DNA of 58,985 nt, from contig JBIIUM010000004.1 of NCBI GenBank assembly GCA_044339985.1, positions 1-58,985 of the forward strand, written 5' to 3'. The stretch is from Burkholderiales bacterium. GTDB taxonomy: Bacteria > Pseudomonadota > Gammaproteobacteria > Burkholderiales > Ga0077523. A model generated the notes under the pieces. The model saw only the letters and a program-made list of their open reading frames with translations, was not told where the DNA came from and searched no databases. Positions 1 through 9,873 of this stretch are shown piece after piece (the first letter of the stretch is position 1; every line of letters starts with the position of its first letter). The position numbers and the translations under genes are program-made.

Positions 1-1058
1 GCCAGGGACTGCTTCACCAGCGCCACGGTGGCCTCGGCCTTGGCCCAGGCGTCGGGCCAGCAGAAACCCACCACCGTGCTTCCCATCCAGCCGTCCTCGA
101 AGCCGGCCACCACCTTGAGGGCGTCGGGCCGCGGCCGCCCGGTGGCGCCGCTCACCCGCACGCGGTCGGCGCCCAGGTCCTCCAGGCGCAGGGTGCCCAT
201 GTCGAGCACCACGTCGGGGGAGAAGTAGCGGTGCGGGTCGTGCACTTCGTAGAGCAGCTGTTGCCGCACGGTATCGAAGTCCACCCGCCCGCCGGTGCCT
301 GGCGCCTTGGTGATGATGGCCGAGCCGTCCGCCGACACCTCGGCAATGGGATAGCCGATGTGCCCCAGGTCGGGCACGGTGGCCCAGGCGCCGGCCGCGC
401 CGAAGTTGCCGCCGCTGCCCTGGCCCGAGCACTCCAGCAGGTGGCCCACGGCCAGCCCGCCGGCCAGCCGGTCCCAGTCGTCCCAGGCCCAGCCCAGTTC
501 ATGCACCAGCGGACCGAGGAACAACGCGGCGTCGGCCACGCGCCCGGTGAGCACGATGTCCGCGCCTGCCGCCAGCGCCTCGGCAATGGGCCTGGCGCCC
601 AGGTAGGCGTTGGCGAACACCAGCCGGTCGCGCACCTCGGCGATGTCCGCGCCGGTGTCCAGGTGGGCCAGCACTTCGCCCGCCGCACGCAGTTCGTCCA
701 CGCGCTCGAGCAGTGCGTCGCCGGTGACCACGGCGATGCGCGCCCGCCAGCCCCTGGCGCGGAAGGCCGCCACCAGGGCGTCGCGGGCGCCCAGGGGGTT
801 GAGCCCGCCCGCGTTGAGCACGAAGCGCGTGCCGCGCGGCTGCGCCAGCGGCCACAGGGCCGTGAGCATGGGCACGAGGTCGCGCGTGAAGCCTGCCGCC
901 GCATCCCGCGCCTGGTCCTTGCGCAGGATGGCAAGGGTGAGTTCGGCCAGGTGATCCGAGCCGATGTAGCGCACCTCGCCGCGTTCCAGGCTGGCGCGCA
1001 CCGGCAGCCAGGAGTCGCCGTAGAAGCCGAGGCCGGCGCCGATTCGGACCGTCTTCAT
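1..1058 (-). CDS. atuA: AtuA-family (DUF1446) acyclic terpene utilisation protein; 3' end runs off the window
   Basis: Missing from the ORF track because it has no stop in the window. Manual translation from ATG at 1058 gives MKTVRIGAGLGFYGDSW...SDHLAELTLAIL...NAGGLNP...ANAYLGARPIAEALAAGADIVLTGRVADAALFLGP...GHLLECSGQGSGGNF...QLLYEVHDP, which are AtuA motifs. Confidence 0.85.
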   Translation of the reverse strand, partial: MKTVRIGAGLGFYGDSWLPVRASLERGEVRYIGSDHLAELTLAILRKDQARDAAAGFTRDLVPMLTALWPLAQPRGTRFVLNAGGLNPLGARDALVAAFRARGWRARIAVVTGDALLERVDELRAAGEVLAHLDTGADIAEVRDRLVFANAYLGARPIAEALAAGADIVLTGRVADAALFLGPLVHELGWAWDDWDRLAGGLAVGHLLECSGQGSGGNFGAAGAWATVPDLGHIGYPIAEVSADGSAIITKAPGTGGRVDFDTVRQQLLYEVHDPHRYFSPDVVLDMGTLRLEDLGADRVRVSGATGRPRPDALKVVAGFEDGWMGSTVVGFCWPDAWAKAEATVALVKQSL

Positions 1059-1342
1059 CGTGTGTGCGCGTGCAGGCGGGCGGTGGAGAGCATGGGATGT
1101 TGCGATGCGACACGCCGCGACGGCGTCGCCGGCCGCCACGATAGCGGGCCGCGTGCGCGCGCGACAAGCCGGACGCACGCCTTGCGGGGCGCGGGTGGGC
1201 ACCTATAGACTCGACGCCGATGCCACCGGCGGCGGGACGCAGCCAAGGTCCACATCATCAGCCGGAGCTTTCCCGAGGCGGCCCGATCCGTGACGTTCGC
1301 AAGTGACATCCAGCCCTGGCGGTGCCGGGGCAGCGCAGGTGC

Positions 1343-2221
1343 ATGGTGCAGTTGATCCAGTTGCTGGTGAGCGGCATCTCCCAGGGCTGCATCTACGGCC
1401 TGATCGCGCTGGGCTTCGTGCTCATCTACAAGGCCACCGAGACGGTGAATTTCGCCCAGGGCGAGCTGATGATGCTCGGGGCGTTCGCGGGGCTCGGCGG
1501 CACCGTGTACCTGGGGTTGCCCTTCTGGGTGGCGTTCGCGGGGGCGGTGGCGGTGACGGCCTTGCTGGGGGTGCTCACGGAGCGTCTGGTGCTGCGGCCG
1601 ATCCTGGGCCAGCCGGCCTTTGCCATCGTGATGGTCACGCTCGGCCTGGGCTACGTGGGCCGGGGGCTCATCACCATGATTCCGGAAGTGGGCACGGAGA
1701 CCCACGCACTGCCCGCGCCGTTCAAGGACGAGGTGGTGAAGCTGGGCGGGCTGGTGCTGGGCATGGAGCACGTGGTGGTCATCGGTGTCACCGTGGCGCT
1801 GTGCGCCGTGCTGTACGCGGTGTTCCGGTTCACGCGCACGGGCATTGCCATGCAGGCGGCCTCGCAGAACCAGCTGGCTGCCTGGTACATGGGCATTCCG
1901 GTGCAGCGCCTGAACGGGCTGATCTGGGGGATCAGCGCCGCGGTGGCGGCGGTGGCGGGAGTGCTGCTGGCGCCCATCACCTTCGTGCACGCCAACATGG
2001 GCTTCATCGGGCTCAAGGCCTTTCCGGCGGCGGTGGTGGGTGGCTTCGGGAGCCTGCCCGGGGCGATCGTCGGCGGGCTGGTGATCGGGGTGGTGGAGTC
2101 GCTGTCGGGGTTCTACCTGCCCGAGGGATTCAAGGATGTGGCCGCCTACGTGGTGGTGCTGGTGATGCTGGTGGTCAAGCCCAACGGCCTGTTCGGCGAG
2201 AACCTGCGCAAGAAGGTTTGA
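1343..2221 (+). CDS. Liv/HAAT-type ABC transporter permease (LivH-like)
   Basis: MVQLIQLLVSGISQGCIYGLIALGFVLIYKATETVNFAQGE; hydrophobic; KAFPAAVVGGFGS motif. Start moved to ATG 1343. Confidence 0.92.
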   Translation: MVQLIQLLVSGISQGCIYGLIALGFVLIYKATETVNFAQGELMMLGAFAGLGGTVYLGLPFWVAFAGAVAVTALLGVLTERLVLRPILGQPAFAIVMVTLGLGYVGRGLITMIPEVGTETHALPAPFKDEVVKLGGLVLGMEHVVVIGVTVALCAVLYAVFRFTRTGIAMQAASQNQLAAWYMGIPVQRLNGLIWGISAAVAAVAGVLLAPITFVHANMGFIGLKAFPAAVVGGFGSLPGAIVGGLVIGVVESLSGFYLPEGFKDVAAYVVVLVMLVVKPNGLFGENLRKKV

Positions 2222-2227
2222 GCGGCC

Positions 2228-3304
2228 ATGCGCTTTGTCTTCAAGACCAGTTACGACCACGACATCGGGCTGTTTCGCCACGAGGGGCAGCGGTTCTGGT
2301 ATGCGCTGCTGGCGGTGGCGCTGCTGGGCGCCCCCTGGGCGTTGTCGGAGTACTACCTGGCGCAGCTGGTGCTCATCTGCATCTACGGCATCGTGGGGCT
2401 GGGGCTGATGCTGCTGTCGGGCTACACCGGGCTCATCTCCATGGGGCACGCAGCCTTCCTGGGGGTGGGCGCGTACACCGAGGCGGTGCTCTCGGCGCGG
2501 GGCTGGCCCTTTGGGCTGTCCATGGCCTGCGCGGTGCTGCTCTCCAGCGCCACGGGGATCGTGGTGGGGCTGCCGGCGCTGCGGGTGAGGGGGATCTACC
2601 TGGCCATCGCCACGCTGGCCTTCGGCTTCATCCTGGAGGAGGTGCTCACGCGCTGGGAGGCGGTGACGGGCGGCAATTCCGGGCTGTCCGTGGGGCGCAT
2701 CGAGCTGGCGGGCTGGACGGTGGCGAGCACCACGCAGTTCTACTTCCTGTGCCTCGGGCTGGCGGTGGCGAGCACGCTGCTGGTGCTCAATCTGCTGCGC
2801 TCGCCCACGGGGCGGGCCTTCGTGGCGATCCGCGACTCCGAGATCTCGGCGCAGAGCATGGGCATTCACCTGGCCTGGTACAAGACACTGTCCTTCGCCA
2901 TCAGCGCGGGGCTCACGGGGCTGGCAGGCGGGCTGTACGCCCACAAACTGCGTTTCCTGTCGCCCGAGCAGTTCACGGTGCTGCAATCGGTGGAAATGTT
3001 GATGATGGTGTTCGTGGGTGGCATCGGCTCGGTGCACGGGGCGTTCTTCGGCGCGGCCTTCGTGATTGCGCTGCCGCAGTTCATCAGCGTTTTCGCGGCC
3101 AAGCTGCCGGCGGCCATCGGCAGCGCCACGGGGCTGCAGGCCACGGTGTTCGGGCTGGTGCTGGTGGCCTTCATCCTGTTCGAGCCCCTGGGGTTATACG
3201 GGTGGTGGTTCAAGGCGCGCACCTACCTCGAGCTGTTTCCCTTCTATCGCCGGGGGATGTTCCGGCGGCAGAAGGCGTTCCAGAAGTCCGACCGGCTGCG
3301 ATGA
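2228..3304 (+). CDS. Liv/HAAT-type ABC transporter permease (LivM-like)
   Basis: GYTGLISMGHAAF, GLPALRVRGIYLAIATLAF and SPTGRAFVAIRDSE motifs. Confidence 0.92.
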   Translation: MRFVFKTSYDHDIGLFRHEGQRFWYALLAVALLGAPWALSEYYLAQLVLICIYGIVGLGLMLLSGYTGLISMGHAAFLGVGAYTEAVLSARGWPFGLSMACAVLLSSATGIVVGLPALRVRGIYLAIATLAFGFILEEVLTRWEAVTGGNSGLSVGRIELAGWTVASTTQFYFLCLGLAVASTLLVLNLLRSPTGRAFVAIRDSEISAQSMGIHLAWYKTLSFAISAGLTGLAGGLYAHKLRFLSPEQFTVLQSVEMLMMVFVGGIGSVHGAFFGAAFVIALPQFISVFAAKLPAAIGSATGLQATVFGLVLVAFILFEPLGLYGWWFKARTYLELFPFYRRGMFRRQKAFQKSDRLR

Positions 3305-4083
3305 GCGCGCTGCTGGAGGTGGGGGCTCTGGAGATGCGCTTTGGCGGGGTGCGCGCCGTGGGGGGCGTGAGCTTCGAGGTGCGCGAGGGCGAGGTGTTCA
3401 CGCTGATCGGGCCCAACGGGGCGGGCAAGACCACGGTGTTCAACCTGATCAGCCGGCTCTACACGCCCACGGCGGGGACCATCCGGTTTTGCGGGCAGGA
3501 CCTGCTGACGGTGCCGGCGCACCGGGTGGCGCGGCTGGGTATTGCGCGCACCTTCCAGAACATCGAGCTGTTCGAGCACGCCAGCGTGTTGCACAACCTG
3601 CTCATCGGGCGGCACGTGCACCGGCGCACGGCGCTGTGGCAGGAGATGCTGTTCACCCCGGCGGTGCGCGAAGCCGAGCGCACCTTCCGCGCCCATGTGG
3701 AGCGGGTGATCGACCTGCTGGATCTTCAGCACCACCGCGATGGGCTGGTGGCGGGTTTGCCCTACGGCGTGCGCAAGGTGGTGGAGCTGGGGCGGGCGCT
3801 GGCGGTGGGCCCGAAGCTGCTGCTGCTGGACGAACCCTCCTCGGGGCTGAACGTGGAGGAGACCGATGACATGGCCTTCTGGATCCAGGACATTCGCGAC
3901 GACCTGGGGATCACGGTGCTCATGGTGGAGCACGACATGTCGCTGGTGTCGCGGGTGTCGGACCGGGTGCTGGCCATGAACCAGGGCGAGGTGCTGGCGC
4001 AGGGCACGCCCGCCGAGGTGCAGTCGCACCCGGCGGTGATCGAGGCCTACCTGGGCGCGCCCGCCGGGGCGAGGGCGGCATGA
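3301..4083 (+). CDS. Liv-type ABC ATP-binding protein (LivG-like)
   Basis: ATGA overlap with the previous stop; Walker [27 protein letters not shown]. It is the C-terminal part of track ORF 1303..4083. Confidence 0.92.
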   Translation: MSALLEVGALEMRFGGVRAVGGVSFEVREGEVFTLIGPNGAGKTTVFNLISRLYTPTAGTIRFCGQDLLTVPAHRVARLGIARTFQNIELFEHASVLHNLLIGRHVHRRTALWQEMLFTPAVREAERTFRAHVERVIDLLDLQHHRDGLVAGLPYGVRKVVELGRALAVGPKLLLLDEPSSGLNVEETDDMAFWIQDIRDDLGITVLMVEHDMSLVSRVSDRVLAMNQGEVLAQGTPAEVQSHPAVIEAYLGAPAGARAA

Positions 4084-4856
4084 GCGCGGACGCCATCCTC
4101 ACCCTTGCCAACGTGGAGAGCGCCTACGGCCCGGTGAAGGCGATCCGCGGCGTGAGCCTGTCGGTGCGCGCGGGCAGCATCGTCACGGTGCTGGGGGCCA
4201 ACGGGGCGGGCAAGTCCACCATCCTGCGCACCATCTCGGGCATCATCGACCCGCAGAAGGGCAGCATCGCCTTCGAGGGCCAGCCCATCCACGGGCTGGA
4301 CCCCGGGCAGATCGTGCGCCGGGGCATCTCCCACGTGCCCGAGGGACGGGAGGTGTTCCCGCTGCTGTCGGTGCACGACAACCTGATGATGGGGGCCTAC
4401 ACGCGCACCGATCGCGATGGCGTGGCCGCGGACCTGGAAACGGTGTACGGCTACTTCCCCATCCTGAAGGAGCGCGCCCGCCAGGAGGCCGGCCAGCTCT
4501 CCGGGGGCCAGCAGCAGATGCTGGCCATCAGCCGCGCGCTCATGAGCCGGCCCAAGCTCATGCTGCTGGATGAACCCAGCCTCGGACTGTCGCCCCGGCT
4601 CACCCAGGAGATCTTCGCCATCGTCACGCGCATCAACCGCGAGCGCGGCACCACCTTGCTGCTGGTGGAGCAGAACGCGGCGCTTGCCCTGGAGGTGGCC
4701 CACTACGGCTACGTGCTGGAGGTGGGCCGCATCGTCATGGAAGACACCTGCGAGCGGCTGCGCCAGAAGGAGGACATCCAGGAGTTCTACCTCGGCATGA
4801 AGGATGCCGGCGTGCGCGGCGAGCGCCGCTGGAAGAAGAAAAAAATGTGGCGTTGA
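4080..4856 (+). CDS. Liv-type ABC ATP-binding protein (LivF-like)
   Basis: GANGAGKS, VPEGREVF, LSGGQQQMLAI, LLDEPSLGL, VEQNA. Confidence 0.92.
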   Translation: MSADAILTLANVESAYGPVKAIRGVSLSVRAGSIVTVLGANGAGKSTILRTISGIIDPQKGSIAFEGQPIHGLDPGQIVRRGISHVPEGREVFPLLSVHDNLMMGAYTRTDRDGVAADLETVYGYFPILKERARQEAGQLSGGQQQMLAISRALMSRPKLMLLDEPSLGLSPRLTQEIFAIVTRINRERGTTLLLVEQNAALALEVAHYGYVLEVGRIVMEDTCERLRQKEDIQEFYLGMKDAGVRGERRWKKKKMWR

Positions 4857-4869
4857 GGGCGAGGCGACG

Positions 4870-6726
4870 ATGATCACCCTGTGGAATCCCGCAGCAGCGC
4901 CAGTGCCCCCCCGGCTGGCGGACGGCCCCACCATTGCGGCCATGTTCCTGCAGGCCGTGCGCCTGCGCGGCGACGCGGTGGCGCTGCGCCAGAAGGACAT
5001 GGGCATCTGGCAGGCCGTCACCTGGCGCGAACTGGGCGATATTGCCCGCGAGGTGGCGCTGGGCCTCGCCTCCCTGGGTTTCGCGCCCGGCGAGGTTGCA
5101 TCCATCCTGTCCAGCACCAACCGCGAATGGATGTTCGCCGACCTGGGCGTGCTGTGCGCCGGCGGCGTGGCCAACGGCATCTACCCCACCGACTCGGCGG
5201 CGCAGTGCGAATACCTGCTGTCGGATTCGGGCTCGGCGTACGTGTTCGTGGAGGACGAGGAGCAACTCGACAAGATCCTCGCGGTGCGCGACCGGCTGCC
5301 GGGGCTGCGGCGCATCGTGGTGTTCGACATGGAGGGCCTGCGGCGCTTCGATGACCCGCAGGTGATGAGCCTCGAGGCGCTGCGCGAACTGGGCCGCGCA
5401 CGGCTTGGCAGCCATCCGGAGGAGTTCGAGCGGCGCGCCGCGTCCCGGGCGCCGGAGGACCTCGCCATCCTCGTCTACACCTCGGGCACCACCGGCAAGC
5501 CCAAGGGCGCCATGATCAGCCATCACAACCTGGTGTTCATCACGCGCGCCTACCAGCGGGCCATCCCGCAGTGCGAAGCGGACGAGCGCGTGTGCTTCCT
5601 GCCCCTGTGCCACATTGCCGAGCGCGTGGGGGGCGAGTACTTCAGCATCCACGCCGGCGCGGTGCTCAATTTCGTGGAGAACCCCGACACGGTGCCGGAG
5701 AACGTGCGCGAGATCGCGCCCACGGTCATGACGGCGGTGCCTCGGGTGTGGGAGAAGTTCTACTCGGGCGTCACCATCGGCATCCGCGACGCCACGCGGC
5801 TGCAGCAGATCGCCTACGGGTGGGCGCTGGGCGTGGGCCGCCAGGTGGCAGAGCGCTTCGTGGCGCGCCAGCCCGTGCCGCGCGGCTTGCGCCTGCGCTA
5901 CCGGCTGGCCCGCTGGATCGCCCTGGATAACGTGCGCCGCATGATCGGCCTGCACCGCGCGCGTTTTGCGGTGACGGGGGCGGCGCCCATCTCGCCCGAC
6001 CTCGTCCATTGGTACCTCGCCCTGGGCGTGCCCATGGTGGAGGTATGGGGCCAGACCGAGTCGGTCGGAGGGGTGACCTTCAATCCCCTGGACGGTATCC
6101 AGCCGGGCAGCATCGGCAAGGCGGCCCCCGGCGTGGAGGTGGCCGTGTCTCCCGAGGGAGAGTTACTGATCCGCGGCGAGAACGTGTTCATGGGCTATCT
6201 CAACCAGCCCGGGAAAACCGCCGAAACGCTGCGTGAGGGGTGGCTGCACACCGGCGACGTGGGCAGCGTGGACGCCGAGGGCTACTTCCGCATCACCGAC
6301 CGGATGAAGGACATCATCATCACCGCCGGCGGCAAGAACGTGACGCCCTCGGAATTCGAGAACCAGCTCAAGTTCTCGCCCTACATCACCGACGCCGTGG
6401 TGATCGGCGACCGCCGTGCCTATCTCACGGCGCTGGTGATGATCGACCAGGAAAACGTGGAGCAGTACGCCCAGGAGCACGACATCCCGTTCTCCAACTA
6501 CGCCAGCCTGTGCCGCGCGCCGGAGATCGTGGCGCTGATCGGCGCCGAGGTGGAGAAGGTGAATCGCCAGTTCGCGCGGGTGGAGCAGGTGAAGACGTTC
6601 CGCCTCATCGACCAGCGCCTCACCGCGGAGGACGAGGAACTCACGCCCACCATGAAGCTCAAGCGCGCGTTCGTGCAGCGCAAGTACGCCGAATTGATCG
6701 AATCCATGTATCGTCAGTCCGCCTGA
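4870..6726 (+). CDS. Long-chain acyl-CoA synthetase (AMP-dependent ligase, FadD15/ACSL-like)
   Basis: YTSGTTGKPKG, FLPLCHIAER, WGQTE, GWLHTGDVG, RMKDIIITAGGKNV, ELTPTMKLKR. Start taken at ATG 4870, after GAGG. Confidence 0.93.
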   Translation: MITLWNPAAAPVPPRLADGPTIAAMFLQAVRLRGDAVALRQKDMGIWQAVTWRELGDIAREVALGLASLGFAPGEVASILSSTNREWMFADLGVLCAGGVANGIYPTDSAAQCEYLLSDSGSAYVFVEDEEQLDKILAVRDRLPGLRRIVVFDMEGLRRFDDPQVMSLEALRELGRARLGSHPEEFERRAASRAPEDLAILVYTSGTTGKPKGAMISHHNLVFITRAYQRAIPQCEADERVCFLPLCHIAERVGGEYFSIHAGAVLNFVENPDTVPENVREIAPTVMTAVPRVWEKFYSGVTIGIRDATRLQQIAYGWALGVGRQVAERFVARQPVPRGLRLRYRLARWIALDNVRRMIGLHRARFAVTGAAPISPDLVHWYLALGVPMVEVWGQTESVGGVTFNPLDGIQPGSIGKAAPGVEVAVSPEGELLIRGENVFMGYLNQPGKTAETLREGWLHTGDVGSVDAEGYFRITDRMKDIIITAGGKNVTPSEFENQLKFSPYITDAVVIGDRRAYLTALVMIDQENVEQYAQEHDIPFSNYASLCRAPEIVALIGAEVEKVNRQFARVEQVKTFRLIDQRLTAEDEELTPTMKLKRAFVQRKYAELIESMYRQSA

Positions 6727-6753
6727 AGCGGACATCACGGAGGAGGACAGACC

Positions 6754-7932
6754 ATGAAAACCATCGCAGCACTGGCCGCCGCGGCCCTCGCGGGCCTGGC
6801 AGTGGCGGCCCCCGCGGCTGCCCAGACCCAGGGGGTGAGCGACAAGGAGATCGCCATCGCCACCATCCAGGATCTCTCCGGCCCCTTGGCGGGCTACGGC
6901 AAGCAGGCCCGCAACGGCCAGCAGATGCGCGTGGACGAGATCAACGAGGCGGGCGGGGTGCGTGGACGCAAGCTGCGCTACCTGGTGGAGGACAACGGCT
7001 ATGATCCGAAGAAGGCGCTGCTGGCCGCCCAGAAGCTGTCCACCGACGACAAGGTGTTCGCCATCATCAGCCACATCGGCACGGCCACCAACATGGCGGC
7101 CATGCCCATTCAGTTCGAGCGCAACGTGATCAACTTCGTGCCGCTCACCGGCGCCCGGCAGATGTTCGATCCCTTCCACCCGCTCAAGTTTGCCTTTGCC
7201 ACGCCCTATTTCGACCAGTTGCGGGTGTTCGTGCCCCAGCTCGCCAAGGAGAAGGGGGCCAAGAAGATCGGCATCATCCACCAGGATGACGAGACCGGCC
7301 TGGAGATGTTGCGCGGCACGGAGGCGGGCCTCAAGACCATCGGCCTGTCGCTGGTGGAGAAGACCTCCTTCAAGCGCGGCGCCACGGACTTCTCCTCGCA
7401 GGTGGCCAAGCTCGCGGCGGCGGGCTGCGACATGGTGGTGCTGGGCACCATCATCCGCGAGACCGTGGGCACCGTGGCCGAGGCGCGCAAGATCGGCTTC
7501 AACCCCATTTTCATCGGATCCTCGGCCATGTACACCAACCTGATCCACCAGCTCGGCGGAAAGGCGGTGGAAGGCGTGTATGCCGTCCACACGGTGGCGC
7601 ATCCGTATCCTGACGAGCAGAGCAAGCCGGTGGCCGACTGGGCCGCCCGGTACAAGGCGAAATTCGGGGAAGATCCGACCGTGTTCTCGGTGTACGGCTA
7701 CACCGCCGTGGACATGTTCGCCAAGGCTGCCGACAAGGCCGGCCAGAACCTCACCACGGAGGGCTTCATCGCCGTCATGGAGTCCACCACCTTCCCGCCG
7801 GACATGTTCGGCTCGCCCGAATTCCGGGTCACCAAGACCAACCGTCTGGGCATCAACGATGCACGCCTGAGCCAGATCCAGAGCGGTCGTTGGAAGGTGG
7901 TTTCGAAGTACGTGGAAGTGCGGCCGGAATAG
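6754..7932 (+). CDS. Periplasmic substrate-binding protein, Liv/type-1 PBP family
   Basis: Strong RBS GGAGGAGG; Sec signal ending AAA-Q; DLSGP, INEAGGVRGRK, EDNGYDP and DFSSQVAKL motifs. Confidence 0.92.
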   Translation: MKTIAALAAAALAGLAVAAPAAAQTQGVSDKEIAIATIQDLSGPLAGYGKQARNGQQMRVDEINEAGGVRGRKLRYLVEDNGYDPKKALLAAQKLSTDDKVFAIISHIGTATNMAAMPIQFERNVINFVPLTGARQMFDPFHPLKFAFATPYFDQLRVFVPQLAKEKGAKKIGIIHQDDETGLEMLRGTEAGLKTIGLSLVEKTSFKRGATDFSSQVAKLAAAGCDMVVLGTIIRETVGTVAEARKIGFNPIFIGSSAMYTNLIHQLGGKAVEGVYAVHTVAHPYPDEQSKPVADWAARYKAKFGEDPTVFSVYGYTAVDMFAKAADKAGQNLTTEGFIAVMESTTFPPDMFGSPEFRVTKTNRLGINDARLSQIQSGRWKVVSKYVEVRPE

Positions 7933-7945
7933 TCGGGTCGCGGGC

Positions 7946-9856
7946 CTACCCGGCGGGGGCGATCTCCACCAGCACCCGTCCGGGCGCCACCTGCTCGTTC
8001 ACCGCGACGCTCACCGACAACACGGTACCGGCCGTGCGTGCGGTGAGCGCGTGTTCCATCTTCATCGCCTCCAGCGTCACCATCACATCCCCTGCTGCCA
8101 CGGCCGCGCCGGGCGCCACGGCCACGTGGGTCACGCGTCCGTTGATGGGCGCCAGCAGGTGGCGGTCGCGGGATGCGGTTTGCGCCGTGGCCCGGGCCGC
8201 GAGCCGCAGGTCCTGGAATATCCATTCGCCGCCTTGCGTCTGCAGTTGGATGCGCCCGTCCCGGCGATGGCACCGGCAGGGCTCCTGTGCAGTGAAGACA
8301 TGCGCCTCGCCCGCCAGCCGCGCCTCGGCACCACCGTCGCGCCGCAACACCACGGTGCCTTCCATCTCCGTGTCGCCGTGGGACACGCGCACCGGCACCG
8401 CGATCGGGCCGGCGCTCGCGAATCCGTGCCACGGCGCCGGCAGCGAGGCGGGGCGCACGCTCAGCCATGCCGCGAGCGCGAATTCCCGCGCCGCGGGCGC
8501 GGCACGGCGCGCGGCGGGATCGCCGAAGTGGGTGTCGAGGAAGTCCGTGGAGAGCTGGCCGGCCGCAAAGGCGGGATGGTCGAGCACCCGCGCCAGGAAG
8601 TCGCGATTGGTGCGTACCCCGAACAGCTCCGTCTGGGCGAGGGCATCGCGCAGCGCCTCGCGCGCGGCCTCGCGGGTGGGCCCGTGGGCAATGATCTTGG
8701 CGAGCATGGAGTCGTAGAACGGCGACAGCGTCATGCCCTCGGCCACCGCGTGGTCCGTGCGCACGCCCTGGGGCGCCTGCCAGCGCTCCACCCGGCCCGA
8801 CTGGGGCATGAAGCCGGCGGCCGGGTCCTCGGCGCACAGGCGCACCTCGATGGCGTGGCCGTCGGCTGCCAGATCCTCCTGCCGCCACGGCAGCGCTTCG
8901 CCGCGCGCCACGCGCAGCTGCCACTCCACCAGGTCGAGCCCGGTGACCGCCTCGGTGACCGGGTGCTCCACCTGCAGACGGGTGTTCATTTCCATGAAGT
9001 AGAACGCGTCGTCCTGCAGCAGGAACTCCACGGTGCCCGCGCCCGTGTAGGCCACGGTGGCGGCGGCGCGCACCGCGGCCTCGCCCAGGCGGGCGCGCAG
9101 CACGGCCGGCAACCCTGGTGCGGGCGTCTCCTCCACGATCTTCTGGTGGCGGCGCTGGATGGAGCAGTCGCGCTCGCCCAGGTGGAGCAGGGCGCCGTGG
9201 TTGTCGCCGAACACCTGAACCTCCACGTGGCGCGGCGCGAGCAGCGCGCGCTCGAGGATGAGTCGGTCGTCGCCGAAGGCCCCGGCGGCCTCGGCGCGCG
9301 CGGCGCGCAGCGCGGCGGGCAGGTCGGCCCCGTCGCGCACCAGGCGCATGCCGCGCCCGCCGCCGCCGGCCGCCGCCTTGATCATCACCGGAAAGCCAAT
9401 CCGCTTCGCCGCTTCTGCAAGTGTTGCCTCGTCCTGGGCGGGGTCGTCGTAGCCGGGCAGCACCGGCACGCCGGCGGCCGCCATGCGCCGCCGGGCCAGC
9501 GCCTTGTCGCCCATGGCCTCCATGGCCTCGGGGGAGGGGCCCACGAACAGCATCCCCGCCTCCCTCACCGCCCGTGCGAAGGCCGGTTTCTCCGACAGGA
9601 AGCCATAGCCGGGATGGATGGCGTCCGCACCGGTGCTCCTGGCGGCGGAGAGGATCCTTTCCGCCATCAAGTAGGAGTCGGCGGGCAGGTGGCCGCCGAT
9701 GCGCACCGCCGCGTCGCAGGCGTGCACGTGCGGAGCGCCCGCGTCCGCATCGGAGAACACCGCCACGGATGACAGCCCCATGCGCCGCGCCGTGCGGGCG
9801 ATGCGGCAGGCGATCTCGCCGCGGTTGGCGATGAGCAGGCGTCGCAGGGCGGTCAT
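7946..9856 (-). CDS. atuF: Geranyl-CoA/methylcrotonyl-CoA carboxylase biotin-containing subunit
   Basis: LIANRGEIA, HPGYGFLSE, GGGGRGMR, RDCSIQRRHQK, EMNTRLQVEHPVTE and C-terminal biotinylation motif EAMKM; sits in a run with atuB, C and D. Confidence 0.85.
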   Translation of the reverse strand: MTALRRLLIANRGEIACRIARTARRMGLSSVAVFSDADAGAPHVHACDAAVRIGGHLPADSYLMAERILSAARSTGADAIHPGYGFLSEKPAFARAVREAGMLFVGPSPEAMEAMGDKALARRRMAAAGVPVLPGYDDPAQDEATLAEAAKRIGFPVMIKAAAGGGGRGMRLVRDGADLPAALRAARAEAAGAFGDDRLILERALLAPRHVEVQVFGDNHGALLHLGERDCSIQRRHQKIVEETPAPGLPAVLRARLGEAAVRAAATVAYTGAGTVEFLLQDDAFYFMEMNTRLQVEHPVTEAVTGLDLVEWQLRVARGEALPWRQEDLAADGHAIEVRLCAEDPAAGFMPQSGRVERWQAPQGVRTDHAVAEGMTLSPFYDSMLAKIIAHGPTREAAREALRDALAQTELFGVRTNRDFLARVLDHPAFAAGQLSTDFLDTHFGDPAARRAAPAAREFALAAWLSVRPASLPAPWHGFASAGPIAVPVRVSHGDTEMEGTVVLRRDGGAEARLAGEAHVFTAQEPCRCHRRDGRIQLQTQGGEWIFQDLRLAARATAQTASRDRHLLAPINGRVTHVAVAPGAAVAAGDVMVTLEAMKMEHALTARTAGTVLSVSVAVNEQVAPGRVLVEIAPAG

Positions 9857-9873
9857 GACGGAAGGTCAGCCCT

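Noticed and set aside
1303-3300. 926-aa ORF suggesting a giant fused ABC ATPase
   Set aside because: Only the part from ATG 3301 is a LivG-like ATPase; the upstream part is an off-frame read of the two permease genes.
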